IMG/VR virus record: IMGVR_UViG_3300021514_000002
Location: 192,001-256,000 of that record
DNA from: a virus
Lineage: Duplodnaviria > Caudoviricetes
DNA length: 64,000 nucleotides
Strand: one strand, 5' to 3'
How positions within the stretch are numbered: the stretch's first letter is position 1; every line of letters starts with the position of its first letter. The notes below the pieces were generated by a model. The model was given only the letters and a program-made list of their open reading frames with translations, had not been told where the DNA came from and ran no database searches. Shown here in pieces: positions 18,670-28,915 of the stretch. The position numbers and the translations under genes are program-made.

Positions 18670-20922
18670 TTATACCAATAATATGTTTTCAATTTGATTA
18701 CCACTAGGAATAGTGTAATTAAATGTAACGTAACTAGAAAACTCACCAACTGGTACAATGTTGCCGCTTATATCTGTTTCCGCGTAATCGCCGTCTGTGC
18801 CTGCTATGGCAGCTTCTAATTGTGCAAACCCACCCATAGGCGTAAAGTGCACATCCCCATACGGCGATGGCGCGGGTGGTGTTGGTGACGGTGAGCCACC
18901 AGGTATATATGCACCTAATAAAGGTACATTTAATGTGTAATCTGCAACCCAACCGATTGGAATTGTCGTAACGCCTGGTGAGCCGCCAAAACTTGGACCT
19001 GATTGATATACCGAATAAACACTATCAAAGTTGCCATATGTAGCATCAACGGAGCCGCGAATTGTAAATGTTTTTCCTGCTGGGAAAAGTGCAGTTACAT
19101 CGCCACTTATTATAATTTCATCTGGAATTATTGGCGAGCCAGAACCCATACTTGGTGCGCTTATAAAATTCGCGCTTATAATTACTGTAGGACTAGGATC
19201 GGTCGCGAACAAATATGTTCCATCAGGTGAACCAACACCTGGATCAGTTATGGCAATAGAACTAGTCGAGCCTGCTGAATCTGTTGTAAACTTTTCAAGA
19301 TCATCATCTTCGAGTTCAAATAACACATGTGCTAAGTGCGGACTTCCTGAAGACATAATACTATTAATTGTTGCTATAAGACTGCCGTGTGTAACCACAG
19401 ATGCCCCTGCTGGGATAGTTACGGTTACAGCACCACCTCCATTGATGCTTACGGCAAAATCATACGTCACTGTTGCATCTAGACCTGTATAAGTCGTTGA
19501 AGAAATAAGTCCTACGCTTGTATCGTATCTAACACGCTGTACACCATGGGTATGTGCATATTGTTTTAATCCATTTATCGTAATGGATAATTTGTTATCA
19601 TTAACAACATGTGCTAAAATTTCATACGGCGCAGGAGTTGTAAGATCGGCAACAAGTGTTTCAAGATTACGGATAACAGAAAGTTCCGTTGGTTCCGTTG
19701 ATGTTCCACCACTGCCAACGGCTGCGACATTATCAACATAATTTTTTGTAGCAAGATCATTACTGGCTACTGGTTCGGCAGCTGCCACTTGTCCGCCAAA
19801 ATTAGCACCACCCGAAGATGTTACCGTACCAGTAAACGTAGGTGAGGCTCTATTGGCCTTAATTAAATCAATATTTTCAATGACAGCTTGTACTGACGCG
19901 CCCGCAATATCAAGGATTGGGGAACCAGTATTATCAAACGTTATTTCAGTCGCAGTATGGGCATGTCCTACCCGCGATACACCATCTATTGTAAGTATGC
20001 CTATATTTGGCGAGCCTGGATGTGTTATTGTAAATTGTAACGAAGTTTCAGTTATATTTGGTAAGGGTGAACCGCCAGCTGCTGCAATCCAATCGACTTG
20101 ACTTAATACGCCATCGCCCCCAGCACCAGTAAGAACAAATGATTCAACATAGGCTTTAGAAGCTGCCTCGTCTGGATCGGTTGGAGTAAGTGGTAACCCT
20201 GTAATAGTACCACCACCTACAGTAACTGGTGACGCTGGACTACCAAGTGGTGCAACTATTAAATTGCCACCATTTATAGTTAAATTAGCACTGACATCCA
20301 TTGTATCACCAGTGCGACTGATTTTACCATCAAGTTGGTTTTGAATAGTAATTGAACCAATCGGGGAACCAGTGACAATACCTTTTAACGTATTAACTTC
20401 GTCGGCGGTTAACGTTGGCAAATCCAATGAATCTAAGAATGTATTTTGTGTTGTTGTGAGGTGAATAGTATCAAGAACAGTATGGGCATCAACATATTGT
20501 CTAGGTACTGCTCCAAGCGCACTACTGGGGTTACCATCCAATATCAGTTCACCTGTCATAGCAGATGTGCCTGTGGCTAAAATAACAGCATCCCAAGCAG
20601 TTGCACTATTACGAATAAATAACTCTGGACCAAGAATAGGACTTCCAGTACCAATGTTGTTGTACCATAATTGGCCTTCTATCGCAGAACCAGGTTCAGT
20701 ACCTGCTGCGAAGTTTTCAAGCATGTAGATTAAATCTTGCTCAATTCCCTGACCATAATCTTGCATACCTTTACCATACAATTTTAAGGTTGTAGTTGCA
20801 GCTACTGCATGATCAATAAAAATAGGATCGGATGGACTTGTTGGTCCATTCGTGGTATACGGATAAACGGAAAATTCCGGTTTCGTAGTATCTGAATAAA
20901 AAAACGTATATTTTGTTGCCAT
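18670..20922 (-). CDS. Virion structural protein (baseplate/fibre family)
   Basis: N-terminal LKLYGKG..YGQGIEQDLIYMLENFA..IEGQLWYN; DLATKNYVD fibre repeats; 11 GSP motifs. Confidence 0.75.
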   Translation of the reverse strand: MATKYTFFYSDTTKPEFSVYPYTTNGPTSPSDPIFIDHAVAATTTLKLYGKGMQDYGQGIEQDLIYMLENFAAGTEPGSAIEGQLWYNNIGTGSPILGPELFIRNSATAWDAVILATGTSAMTGELILDGNPSSALGAVPRQYVDAHTVLDTIHLTTTQNTFLDSLDLPTLTADEVNTLKGIVTGSPIGSITIQNQLDGKISRTGDTMDVSANLTINGGNLIVAPLGSPASPVTVGGGTITGLPLTPTDPDEAASKAYVESFVLTGAGGDGVLSQVDWIAAAGGSPLPNITETSLQFTITHPGSPNIGILTIDGVSRVGHAHTATEITFDNTGSPILDIAGASVQAVIENIDLIKANRASPTFTGTVTSSGGANFGGQVAAAEPVASNDLATKNYVDNVAAVGSGGTSTEPTELSVIRNLETLVADLTTPAPYEILAHVVNDNKLSITINGLKQYAHTHGVQRVRYDTSVGLISSTTYTGLDATVTYDFAVSINGGGAVTVTIPAGASVVTHGSLIATINSIMSSGSPHLAHVLFELEDDDLEKFTTDSAGSTSSIAITDPGVGSPDGTYLFATDPSPTVIISANFISAPSMGSGSPIIPDEIIISGDVTALFPAGKTFTIRGSVDATYGNFDSVYSVYQSGPSFGGSPGVTTIPIGWVADYTLNVPLLGAYIPGGSPSPTPPAPSPYGDVHFTPMGGFAQLEAAIAGTDGDYAETDISGNIVPVGEFSSYVTFNYTIPSGNQIENILLV

Positions 20923-21040
20923 GTAATAAATCCCTATAAACCAATTACTTTCCAGTATTTATTACTTTGTAATTTAAACACTCTACTAACCTTTTTGGGG
21001 GTCAGTTGTATTGATTTAGGGGATATTTAGTACATAACTA

Positions 21041-22249
21041 TTATTGTCTGTTTAGTCGCTCCGCAAGCAGCATTACGTCAGAAAGGGTTGGCTCTTCAAT
21101 AAACGGTACGTCGTAACTATCATCAAATTCAAATGGTCGGGACATAACTCCATATAATTCGTTCAGGAATACGGGATTCTGTTCGGCAAGCAACCCATTT
21201 TGCATTTCTTCATACGTGTCTTTATGCACGAATGGGAGTTGACAATATCCGTTGACGGGTGCTAAAAATTCATCACCATTTAATAGTTTATTTGCAAGAT
21301 GGCATTTTGAACAAAATTGTCTAGCTTCACAAGTACCACATCGTATATCTTTTTGTGGTACTGGAATATCCAAACTATCCTCAAGTTCTTTTAAGCTACT
21401 AACTTCAAGAATGTTACCAAACCCATACTTATCTTTCTCTTCTGGGTGTTCTTGTGCATACGCATAATACCTATGACATGACCACAAACCACCATCGGGC
21501 GATAAGGCAAGCAAGTATTTTCCTGCACCACATCCGTAATGATCTTGGTTGGTTGAACGGAATGGTGATAAATGTGTAATAAATACAGACGCACCATCTC
21601 TATAAGATTTTACGACCATATCTTTTATGCGCCTAAATTCTATGCGGTATTTTTCTGCATCTTCCATCGTCCATTTATCAACTTCAATAACAGGAACAAT
21701 ACCAATAGATCTAATACCAAGATTGATCATTTTTTGAATACCATCTGCAACACCATCTATTGTATCTGGGGTTACGGTAGTTTCAATATGTAATGTTCGT
21801 TCATTACCCGCTTCGCTTTCGCAACGCATACAACCAGTACCTTGGTATTCTTCTACATAACGCTTAATATTATCTTCGACATTTGTTAAATTGATGCCAC
21901 CCATGGGGTGAACGAAATCTTGTCTAGTACCATCATAACTTATTTGTACCATAATATTTCTTTTAGTTTCTCTAAGTTTTTCCAATAGTGGTTCTTTCAT
22001 GAAACTACCATTTGTGAAAATCTTAATATATGACTTATTGCCTTTTTCGTCTAAGCGATTAAGGATATCAATAATCATATCACTGAATAGAAGTGGTTCA
22101 CCACCAAAAATACTCAATACATCGTTATCAGTCAATAGTTCGATAATTTTATCAACTACTCGTGGTTCTGCTTCTTCATTCTTAAATGGTACATAACAAT
22201 ATGTACATCTAAAATTACAGCGTCGGGTAAGATATAACTTAAGCTCCAT
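21041..22249 (-). CDS. Radical SAM/SPASM peptide-maturase-like enzyme (rSAM-1)
   Basis: CNFRCTYC, FGGEPLL, SPASM Cys set GCGAG..LSPDG..SCHRY..CGTCEARQFCSKC..GYC. Confidence 0.93.
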   Translation of the reverse strand: MELKLYLTRRCNFRCTYCYVPFKNEEAEPRVVDKIIELLTDNDVLSIFGGEPLLFSDMIIDILNRLDEKGNKSYIKIFTNGSFMKEPLLEKLRETKRNIMVQISYDGTRQDFVHPMGGINLTNVEDNIKRYVEEYQGTGCMRCESEAGNERTLHIETTVTPDTIDGVADGIQKMINLGIRSIGIVPVIEVDKWTMEDAEKYRIEFRRIKDMVVKSYRDGASVFITHLSPFRSTNQDHYGCGAGKYLLALSPDGGLWSCHRYYAYAQEHPEEKDKYGFGNILEVSSLKELEDSLDIPVPQKDIRCGTCEARQFCSKCHLANKLLNGDEFLAPVNGYCQLPFVHKDTYEEMQNGLLAEQNPVFLNELYGVMSRPFEFDDSYDVPFIEEPTLSDVMLLAERLNRQ

Positions 22250-23441
22250 AATATTTCCTTAGTGCGTAATAAACGCTTACTATTGTTTTTAGAACTTGTG
22301 TGGTACAATAACCGGGTTGTGTGGCTTCAACTGGACACGATACCCCGCAATATTTTAATACGTTACATGTTTTACACTTATCAGCAACAGAAGATGGGGA
22401 ATCCTCTAAACCCACCTGTGTACAACGTTGAAATGTTGACGCTTTTGATGTTTCTGGTGTTACTACAGGAACGTCACCAACATACAATCTACATCCTCTT
22501 GCTAAGAAGAAATTAGAATCGTTGGCTTTTAATCTCTCGTAAATCTGTTCACCGCGTTCAATTGCACTTAGTGGCATTTCGGTACGCTTGCCATCAATTA
22601 TTGCATTTACGTCAATAAGCAACAATGCCAATAGTGTATCAAACTCATTATCGGTTGGTAAGAACTTATCTTCTGAAACTACTTCAAATGTTAATGACAG
22701 TTCACGATTTAAGTCTGGCTCAAATTCCTTACGAATTTCTGTATAATCATAACTACCATTACACAGTGTCGCGCGAATACCAAAGTCATCGCCTGTTAAT
22801 TTGGCTAATTCTTTCGCTCTGGGTATAATGTTTTCTTGGAATTTTCCTGGTCGGTATTTGTTAGTAGGGTCTAAACTAACTTGAAGAGCTATCCTATTTG
22901 GATATTTGTCTAAAACATCAAGTAAGTTGTTATATTCTTTATCACTCACAAATAGGCCAGTTGAGATCGATACCACATATTCTGTCTGTTCTAGAATATC
23001 TTTTATTAGTTCAAAATTTAATAATGGCTCACCGCCTAAAATCGTTATATCTTTTAAAGTATCTACACTATCAATAGCTTCTAATGATTTCATTAGATAT
23101 TCAAATGTTACAACTTCACCGTTTATCATCCATGGCGTAGCGTAACAATAAGTACACTTTCCGCGACAAACGTTTGTAGAATTAACATAAATTGATTCCA
23201 CACGGCTTGGTGTAAATTGACCCAATTCCACTTCTAACTCGGCAAGAAATTCTGTTCTTGCCATGTCTGCGTCTGTTGTGTCGCTTACAATATTAACGTC
23301 ACCATGATACAACAATTTAACTGGTTGCTTTAGTGGATAGTCTGGTAGTTCTTGAAACATAGCAAGTTCTAACGAATAGGCAATATTTTTATCACCTATC
23401 TTAAACATCACAAGTTCAGGAATTTCATTTCTGCGGATCAT
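22239..23441 (-). CDS. Radical SAM/SPASM enzyme (rSAM-2)
   Basis: CRGKCTYC, LGGEPLLN, C-terminal GC..RC..CKTCNVLKYCGVSC..GYC; ~80-aa N-terminal extension. Confidence 0.9.
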   Translation of the reverse strand: MIRRNEIPELVMFKIGDKNIAYSLELAMFQELPDYPLKQPVKLLYHGDVNIVSDTTDADMARTEFLAELEVELGQFTPSRVESIYVNSTNVCRGKCTYCYATPWMINGEVVTFEYLMKSLEAIDSVDTLKDITILGGEPLLNFELIKDILEQTEYVVSISTGLFVSDKEYNNLLDVLDKYPNRIALQVSLDPTNKYRPGKFQENIIPRAKELAKLTGDDFGIRATLCNGSYDYTEIRKEFEPDLNRELSLTFEVVSEDKFLPTDNEFDTLLALLLIDVNAIIDGKRTEMPLSAIERGEQIYERLKANDSNFFLARGCRLYVGDVPVVTPETSKASTFQRCTQVGLEDSPSSVADKCKTCNVLKYCGVSCPVEATQPGYCTTQVLKTIVSVYYALRKYYGA

Positions 23442-24648
23442 TTATTACTCCTTTTCGTGTGATGAAAAACGTGGCATATAAACTAAATACATAATCAATA
23501 ACTTTAACGTAACAATATAGTTCTTTAAATTTCTTAATCCCACATGAGCCACCACATAGCTTCAAGTAATTACATTCTTTACAAACGCCCGACGTTTCTA
23601 CAACTTCCTCGACCATGCTTTCATTATATAATGATTCGTCTAAAATTGGACGATTTGGACTATCACAGTAAGATAAACTGCCGTCTGGTAATAGCGTAAA
23701 GTAATTAAAACCACAGCCACATGTGCGCATATTTTTAACAATACCTTCATCATGGAACATAGGGAAAACATTCATCATAAATGAAGTTCTTTCGGTTAGG
23801 TCGCCAGCTAAAAACGCATCGAGTTCTTTATCATACAATCCACGTACTTGATCTAATGTATTGTGATTAGATAAGCGGATATCTTCAAATCCATATCCCA
23901 CCCCATCAAAGTTCACCTGAGCGCCGTCAGGAAGTTCACTACGTAAGGCATGGATGTCGTACGCTTCACGGTTTATTGTGGTTTTAACCCTAATGCGCGA
24001 ACCAAGAAATTTATATAATTTATGGAACAATCTTATATTTCGTTCGCGCTTACCTTGTTCGCTACTTGCCTTATATCGTAGCGAATTGGGAGGATCGATG
24101 CTTAATGAAATTTCAACATTATCACGGAACATTAAAAAGGTTAATAGGTCATCTATCTCGCCATCTGAACAAGGAAATGATGTACAAATTGTCCAGTCTG
24201 TATTGGGAAATAAATCAATGATATGTTTTACAATTCCAATATTCTCAAGTGGGTCACCACCAAGGAACATTCCACCCTTAATGTCTTCTGGTACAATATT
24301 ATATCGTTTAATGAATTCAGCTACGGTTTTTTCAGTTAAGACAGTCTTATCATTTTTTTCAGAAGCGGCGTAACAATATGAGCATTTAAGAGAACAATAC
24401 CAAGATGGTATTACAGTAAGGCTAGTTATTTTGCGTTCTGCAAATTCACAACTGCGAGATTGTTGAATATTATTATATATTTCATTTTGTTTGTTTTTAT
24501 TATCTTTTATGTCGTTGCATACATCCAACACTATTGGTTGATCGTATTTCCTTGGTGATACTTTCCAAGTAAGATTGATTAGATCAACCTCAACGGTAGT
24601 GTCGTCGTGGGACAGGAATGCCGTGTCCCATTTCATTAAATCTTTCAT
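23425..24648 (-). CDS. Radical SAM/SPASM enzyme (rSAM-3)
   Basis: CSLKCSYC, LGGDPLEN, TCGCG..LLPDGSLSYCD..CKECNYLKLCGGSC..YC; N-terminal extension. Confidence 0.9.
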   Translation of the reverse strand: MKDLMKWDTAFLSHDDTTVEVDLINLTWKVSPRKYDQPIVLDVCNDIKDNKNKQNEIYNNIQQSRSCEFAERKITSLTVIPSWYCSLKCSYCYAASEKNDKTVLTEKTVAEFIKRYNIVPEDIKGGMFLGGDPLENIGIVKHIIDLFPNTDWTICTSFPCSDGEIDDLLTFLMFRDNVEISLSIDPPNSLRYKASSEQGKRERNIRLFHKLYKFLGSRIRVKTTINREAYDIHALRSELPDGAQVNFDGVGYGFEDIRLSNHNTLDQVRGLYDKELDAFLAGDLTERTSFMMNVFPMFHDEGIVKNMRTCGCGFNYFTLLPDGSLSYCDSPNRPILDESLYNESMVEEVVETSGVCKECNYLKLCGGSCGIKKFKELYCYVKVIDYVFSLYATFFITRKGVINDPQK

Positions 24649-24660
24649 TCTAACCTTCTT

Positions 24661-26232
24661 TTATAAGGATGATATGTCTATATTATTATCTATAAGTGGA
24701 AGCGCTTCGCCAATATTTGCGTAAACTTCTGGATATGTATATGTTTCTTTATTTTTTATTACCCCGTATACATGTTTTGCTCTACCCATCATGATTACTC
24801 TGAATGGGAAGTTATGAAACGTATATACTGCAACCAAACTCTCAGGATCGATTTTTAAATAACTTCCTTCAACCCCGTAACTTTCTTCAAATTGATGGAT
24901 TTCTAATACGCGAACATCTTCGCCATTTTGGTCTTTGACATATTGATCGTCGTTACAAAAACCATCAGTGGCCATAATATTTCGTACAGAAATTCCAATC
25001 TTTGAAAACATACGAACAATAGACATGTAAGTAAATTCCATTTGTGGAATTAATGCATCTATTGCAACGAGTTGCTCACCTTCATTTACTTTACTAGTAA
25101 GAATACGCTTAAAATTAATCATGGCATGATATAATCCCATGATGCCATTAACTCCTTCTTCTAAATTCCCACCAAACTTGTCAAGTATATTAACACCCAT
25201 TATAGAATATGTCAAGCGTTCTAATATGTCATAATTTGCTGGCATATTAAATTTATTAAGAATAGAACAAACATGGGCAGTACCTGCCGAAACTGTCATT
25301 TCATTATTAACATCTGTAATTATTTGGTCATGTTTACTTAACACATCAAGATCTTTTCTAAAGGTGCAAGTAGATATTTTACCAAATTGTTTAATTACAA
25401 CATTACCATTTAAGCAAGATACAATAGGAAATAGTAAGCTTGTCGGGGAATACATTTTTTTCATTTCTGGAACAACGTCTAATAGATGTTTAATATGCTC
25501 AACTTCATATCTTTCATCATTTTTCCAGAACCCTTCTATTTCATTTAATGGTTGTATTGCAACGTTAATACCTTGTCGCTTAACATCATCCATTAATGTG
25601 CGAATTTCTTCAGGTGTTTGTTTATCTGACATCATTAGGTTGGTCTGTACGCGCGTGGGATCGATATCCGACACCGCTTGAAGTGTTCGGCGTACATCAG
25701 CATATTGAATAAATCTTGGATTAACCATACGAGGGTCAGACGAAATAGTAATATATGAACGAGGATCTGAAAAATATTTAGTAATAGTATTGGTATCCAT
25801 TCCGTTGGAAAACAATTCTACTTTAATGTGTTTATCAGGATCAATTTCATCAAGAAACCCATATAACTTTTTTAGAGCTGGTTCATTTTTGGCTTGTAAC
25901 AGTTCACCACCAGATGTTTCAAGAACAGAAGGTTTAAATTCTGCAATACGATCCATGGTGTCTTTAAGTTTAGGGTAGTTGTTTCGCACTTCTGGGAAAT
26001 TTTCAACAAAAAAACGTTCCAAACAATAATCACATGTAGTATTGCATTGTTTGTAACTTGTAATTTTTGTTTCCATTCGGGAAATATCTACTTTCGGAAG
26101 GGCGGCGATTTCGGATTTATTAAACCCATCGCCAGATCCATGAACACCCAAAGTATTTACCCAATGTTGGTCTGCTTCTGAATTACAAGGGTCGTTGAAG
26201 AATAGCTTGGTGCCATTTTTAAATGTTATCAT
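24661..26232 (-). CDS. Radical SAM enzyme with truncated auxiliary-cluster region and extra C-terminal domain (rSAM-4)
   Basis: CNTTCDYC, SGGELL, LFSNG, VSCLNG..KISTCTF; ~170 extra C-terminal residues. Confidence 0.8.
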   Translation of the reverse strand: MITFKNGTKLFFNDPCNSEADQHWVNTLGVHGSGDGFNKSEIAALPKVDISRMETKITSYKQCNTTCDYCLERFFVENFPEVRNNYPKLKDTMDRIAEFKPSVLETSGGELLQAKNEPALKKLYGFLDEIDPDKHIKVELFSNGMDTNTITKYFSDPRSYITISSDPRMVNPRFIQYADVRRTLQAVSDIDPTRVQTNLMMSDKQTPEEIRTLMDDVKRQGINVAIQPLNEIEGFWKNDERYEVEHIKHLLDVVPEMKKMYSPTSLLFPIVSCLNGNVVIKQFGKISTCTFRKDLDVLSKHDQIITDVNNEMTVSAGTAHVCSILNKFNMPANYDILERLTYSIMGVNILDKFGGNLEEGVNGIMGLYHAMINFKRILTSKVNEGEQLVAIDALIPQMEFTYMSIVRMFSKIGISVRNIMATDGFCNDDQYVKDQNGEDVRVLEIHQFEESYGVEGSYLKIDPESLVAVYTFHNFPFRVIMMGRAKHVYGVIKNKETYTYPEVYANIGEALPLIDNNIDISSL

Positions 26233-26262
26233 ATTATCGTCCTATGTTAAGGGTATAAATTA

Positions 26263-26577
26263 TTATATGTTCTTAATTATTACGGAACGCGGAGCACCAT
26301 CAATTAATAGTTTTAATTGTGCAAACGGTGTTTCTTTTTGAATTAAAAGATTATATACAATATCTTTTGTATTTTCGCCCGTATCTAAAGTACGATTATC
26401 CGTGAGTTTAATATTATTATCGGATATATCAACATCGATACTCATATCAAGATCAGCCGATATAATTAACTCTAACCTATTAAAACCTTCGGTATCTAAA
26501 GCGCTATTAGCAATCTCTACTACGACCACATCAGATGATGTGTTTACTACATCTACTAAAAATTTATTATTGTCCAT
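26263..26577 (-). CDS. Hypothetical accessory protein in rSAM cassette
   Basis: 104 aa, AAGGA SD, tightly spaced. Confidence 0.7.
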   Translation of the reverse strand: MDNNKFLVDVVNTSSDVVVVEIANSALDTEGFNRLELIISADLDMSIDVDISDNNIKLTDNRTLDTGENTKDIVYNLLIQKETPFAQLKLLIDGAPRSVIIKNI

Positions 26578-26590
26578 GATATATCCTTTA

Positions 26591-27247
26591 TTAAATTACA
26601 ACTAATGTGTAGGTATATGTAGTTGGTACGCTAAATTCCATAAAATTATTTTTTGGAACTGAAGCTTTACCAATGGATATAACGTACATTCCAGATGTTG
26701 TTAAATTAAATTGCTTTGTTGTAGGATCATAATAATCCACTGTATTGCCCGTATTCATACGGAAACATTTAATAGATTTTAATAACTCTGGGGTACGAAT
26801 ATCAGAGAATGGACTAAGATCGAAACCGTTCAATGAATATGTTCCAATAGAACATATGTTACCATACGACGTTTTCATTCTAAGTTTTGTTGTTGTTTCC
26901 GTGATATCAATCTTCGGCGTAAGCATTTCTATCAACATAGAATATGTTCCGGCCATCATTCGTGCTTCACCAGTATCACTAAACTGTGTAGCAGGTGACA
27001 AAATAACTACCTTTTCTGAATATCCATTAAATTCTTCAATACTGCCAATTAATTCATCAGTTGGTAATATTACATCTTTAACTTCAATCGCTAACGTATT
27101 TACATTGAAAACGATATATTTTCCAACCGTACCATCACCTATCATGGTATCATCAAAACTGATAGTATCAATTGTGGCAATCGCATTTAATGAAATCTTG
27201 GAAAAAGATAACGATTCAACAACGTCTGTTAGTACAAATATTCTCAT
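26591..27247 (-). CDS. Hypothetical accessory protein in rSAM cassette (218 aa)
   Basis: True start is probably MRIFVL at 27247 (TAACATG coupling to the upstream stop); the track's upstream extension is an alternate frame of the Cys repeat. Confidence 0.7.
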   Translation of the reverse strand: MRIFVLTDVVESLSFSKISLNAIATIDTISFDDTMIGDGTVGKYIVFNVNTLAIEVKDVILPTDELIGSIEEFNGYSEKVVILSPATQFSDTGEARMMAGTYSMLIEMLTPKIDITETTTKLRMKTSYGNICSIGTYSLNGFDLSPFSDIRTPELLKSIKCFRMNTGNTVDYYDPTTKQFNLTTSGMYVISIGKASVPKNNFMEFSVPTTYTYTLVVI

Positions 27248-27248
27248 G

Positions 27249-28904
27249 TTATCCCCATTTAGCACATTTACTATGTGCGCAGTTACAAGTGCAAGTGCAA
27301 GTGCAAGTGCATGTACACCCACAAGTATTATTAGAACTTGGTATATATTTTGTAGTAGCACCAAATACTACTTCTAGTGAATTACCTACGAGGTTACTAG
27401 CAGAATCATAATAAGCTGCCCCATTATATGTAACTGTAGCGCCACCCGTAACTACAAAATTAAGTTTATTTGCACCATCATCATATGTTACATCAATTCC
27501 AGATTCGAAGTTTCCACTTATCATTGCACCGACAATATCCTGCAAACTTTCGGTTTTTTGTGTTTCAAAATTTGCGGCGGTTAATACTTCCGCACCACTA
27601 ATGGTAATATTAGTACCATCTAATGTGGTTGGTCCAATCCACGAAATCGTTGCACCTATCGTACCTGATATTGCATGATATATCTCAATACCCGTAGTAT
27701 GTATTCGCAGCATCACAGCTGGCTCGCCGGATTTTGCGTATGTGTGTACAGCACCTGTCCATGTAGCATTCCATAAATGTTCTACCCTACCTGAGCCATC
27801 GTCTTGGACAATTGAGTATTTGCCATTGGTTGATGTTTGTTCTAACAAGGTCGCAACAGCAGAAAATGCTAAGGTGCCTAACATAGTATCGCCAGTATCG
27901 TTTACATATCGTCCATCTGCATAATCTCGGTTTATTCCATCTGTGCCAACAACAGGAGTTCCAACATTATTAATTTGATTCGTTGCCATATCCAAGTCGC
28001 CTGCCATGGCATCGCCTGTTACATTAACAAATCGGTTGTCAGCGTAACCAAGATTTACAGCATCGTCTGCCGAATCAGGATCAGCAAGATTTTCAATTTT
28101 ATGCGAGTCCATGTTGAGAGCGCCTTGCATAGCTTTACTACCGTCACGCGGTAAGTAATTTGCGGAAACGCGTGTCCAATCTGGGGAACCACCTGTAAAA
28201 ATTCGTAAATTTCTTTCATATTCATCACTGCTAATGGCGTATGTTGAAGTTTCCCACCATAGATCGCTTATCGATGGTGCTGTTGGTGCTGTATCAGAAA
28301 AAGTAATACCACCAACACGTTTCCATATTCCTGTGAGTGGTGAACCTAAAAATTCATAAACGTAGATTTGTCCCCGTGTTTGGTTATACCACATCTGTCC
28401 TTCTATTGGGGTAGTTGCGCTAAATTGGCCTGCTTTATTTGGAACGCCAAGTTCGCCCGCACTAGCTGAAATTGCACCTGATGTAAGGTTCGGTGCAGTA
28501 AGAGGACTACCCGTAGATGCTAATGTAATTGTTGTTTCTGTAGAACCATTATATACTGCTGACTGAACGACATACGTTCCATCGTCTGTAGGTGACCCAG
28601 TAGAACCCCAAATATTAAAACTCCTTGTTGGGGGGAATGCTCGTTCAACGTCACCCACAATAGTAAAAGTTGTCCCTGTTGGAACACTAGTTATAATATG
28701 AATGTCTTCTTCCGATGAAAAATTTTCCAACATATGGATGAAGTTTTCGAGGATAGTTTCGCCCCATAGCGAATGCCCCATGCCAATAAGGTCTATGTCT
28801 GTTTGTCTGTTTCCACCGCGTGGACCAGCAACAGCATTGGGTAAAACGTTGAGAGTACTTTTTGTTGGATCAACAAAATTTATAGTGTAATTCTTAGCGG
28901 CCAT
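27249..28904 (-). CDS. Virion structural / fibre protein with C-terminal poly-(Cys-Xaa) tail
   Basis: Same N-terminal family motif (LIGMGHSLWGE..MLENFS, PIEGQMWYN), fibre repeats (DAVNLGYAD, GINRDYAD), ends TCGCTCTCTCTCTCNCAHSKCAKWG. Confidence 0.85.
   Translation of the reverse strand: MAAKNYTINFVDPTKSTLNVLPNAVAGPRGGNRQTDIDLIGMGHSLWGETILENFIHMLENFSSEEDIHIITSVPTGTTFTIVGDVERAFPPTRSFNIWGSTGSPTDDGTYVVQSAVYNGSTETTITLASTGSPLTAPNLTSGAISASAGELGVPNKAGQFSATTPIEGQMWYNQTRGQIYVYEFLGSPLTGIWKRVGGITFSDTAPTAPSISDLWWETSTYAISSDEYERNLRIFTGGSPDWTRVSANYLPRDGSKAMQGALNMDSHKIENLADPDSADDAVNLGYADNRFVNVTGDAMAGDLDMATNQINNVGTPVVGTDGINRDYADGRYVNDTGDTMLGTLAFSAVATLLEQTSTNGKYSIVQDDGSGRVEHLWNATWTGAVHTYAKSGEPAVMLRIHTTGIEIYHAISGTIGATISWIGPTTLDGTNITISGAEVLTAANFETQKTESLQDIVGAMISGNFESGIDVTYDDGANKLNFVVTGGATVTYNGAAYYDSASNLVGNSLEVVFGATTKYIPSSNNTCGCTCTCTCTCTCNCAHSKCAKWG
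27285..27326 (-). repeat. Hexamer repeat (ACTTGC/ACTTGT) encoding Thr-Cys
   Basis: Plus strand ACAAGT GCAAGT GCAAGT GCAAGT GCATGT ACACCC ACAAGT. Confidence 0.9.
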
Positions 28905-28915
28905 GTTTATTCCTC

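Noticed and set aside
21041-26232. rSAM genes as QueE, NrdG, MoaA or PqqE cofactor enzymes
   Set aside because: No que, nrdD, moa or pqq partner genes in the window; SPASM patterns and the adjacent Cys-rich tail fit peptide maturases better. Not fully excluded.
27285-27326. Hexamer repeat as a CRISPR array or contingency locus
   Set aside because: Only 6-bp units with synonymous variation (TGC/TGT, ACT/ACA), which fits selection on the peptide. No repeat-spacer array was seen anywhere in the window.
27248-27364. Hydrophobic N-terminal extension (..HALALALALV..) of the track ORF 26591-27364, which looks like a signal peptide
   Set aside because: It is the Cys-Thr hexamer repeat read in another frame; the ATG at 27247, coupled to the upstream stop, is the more plausible start.
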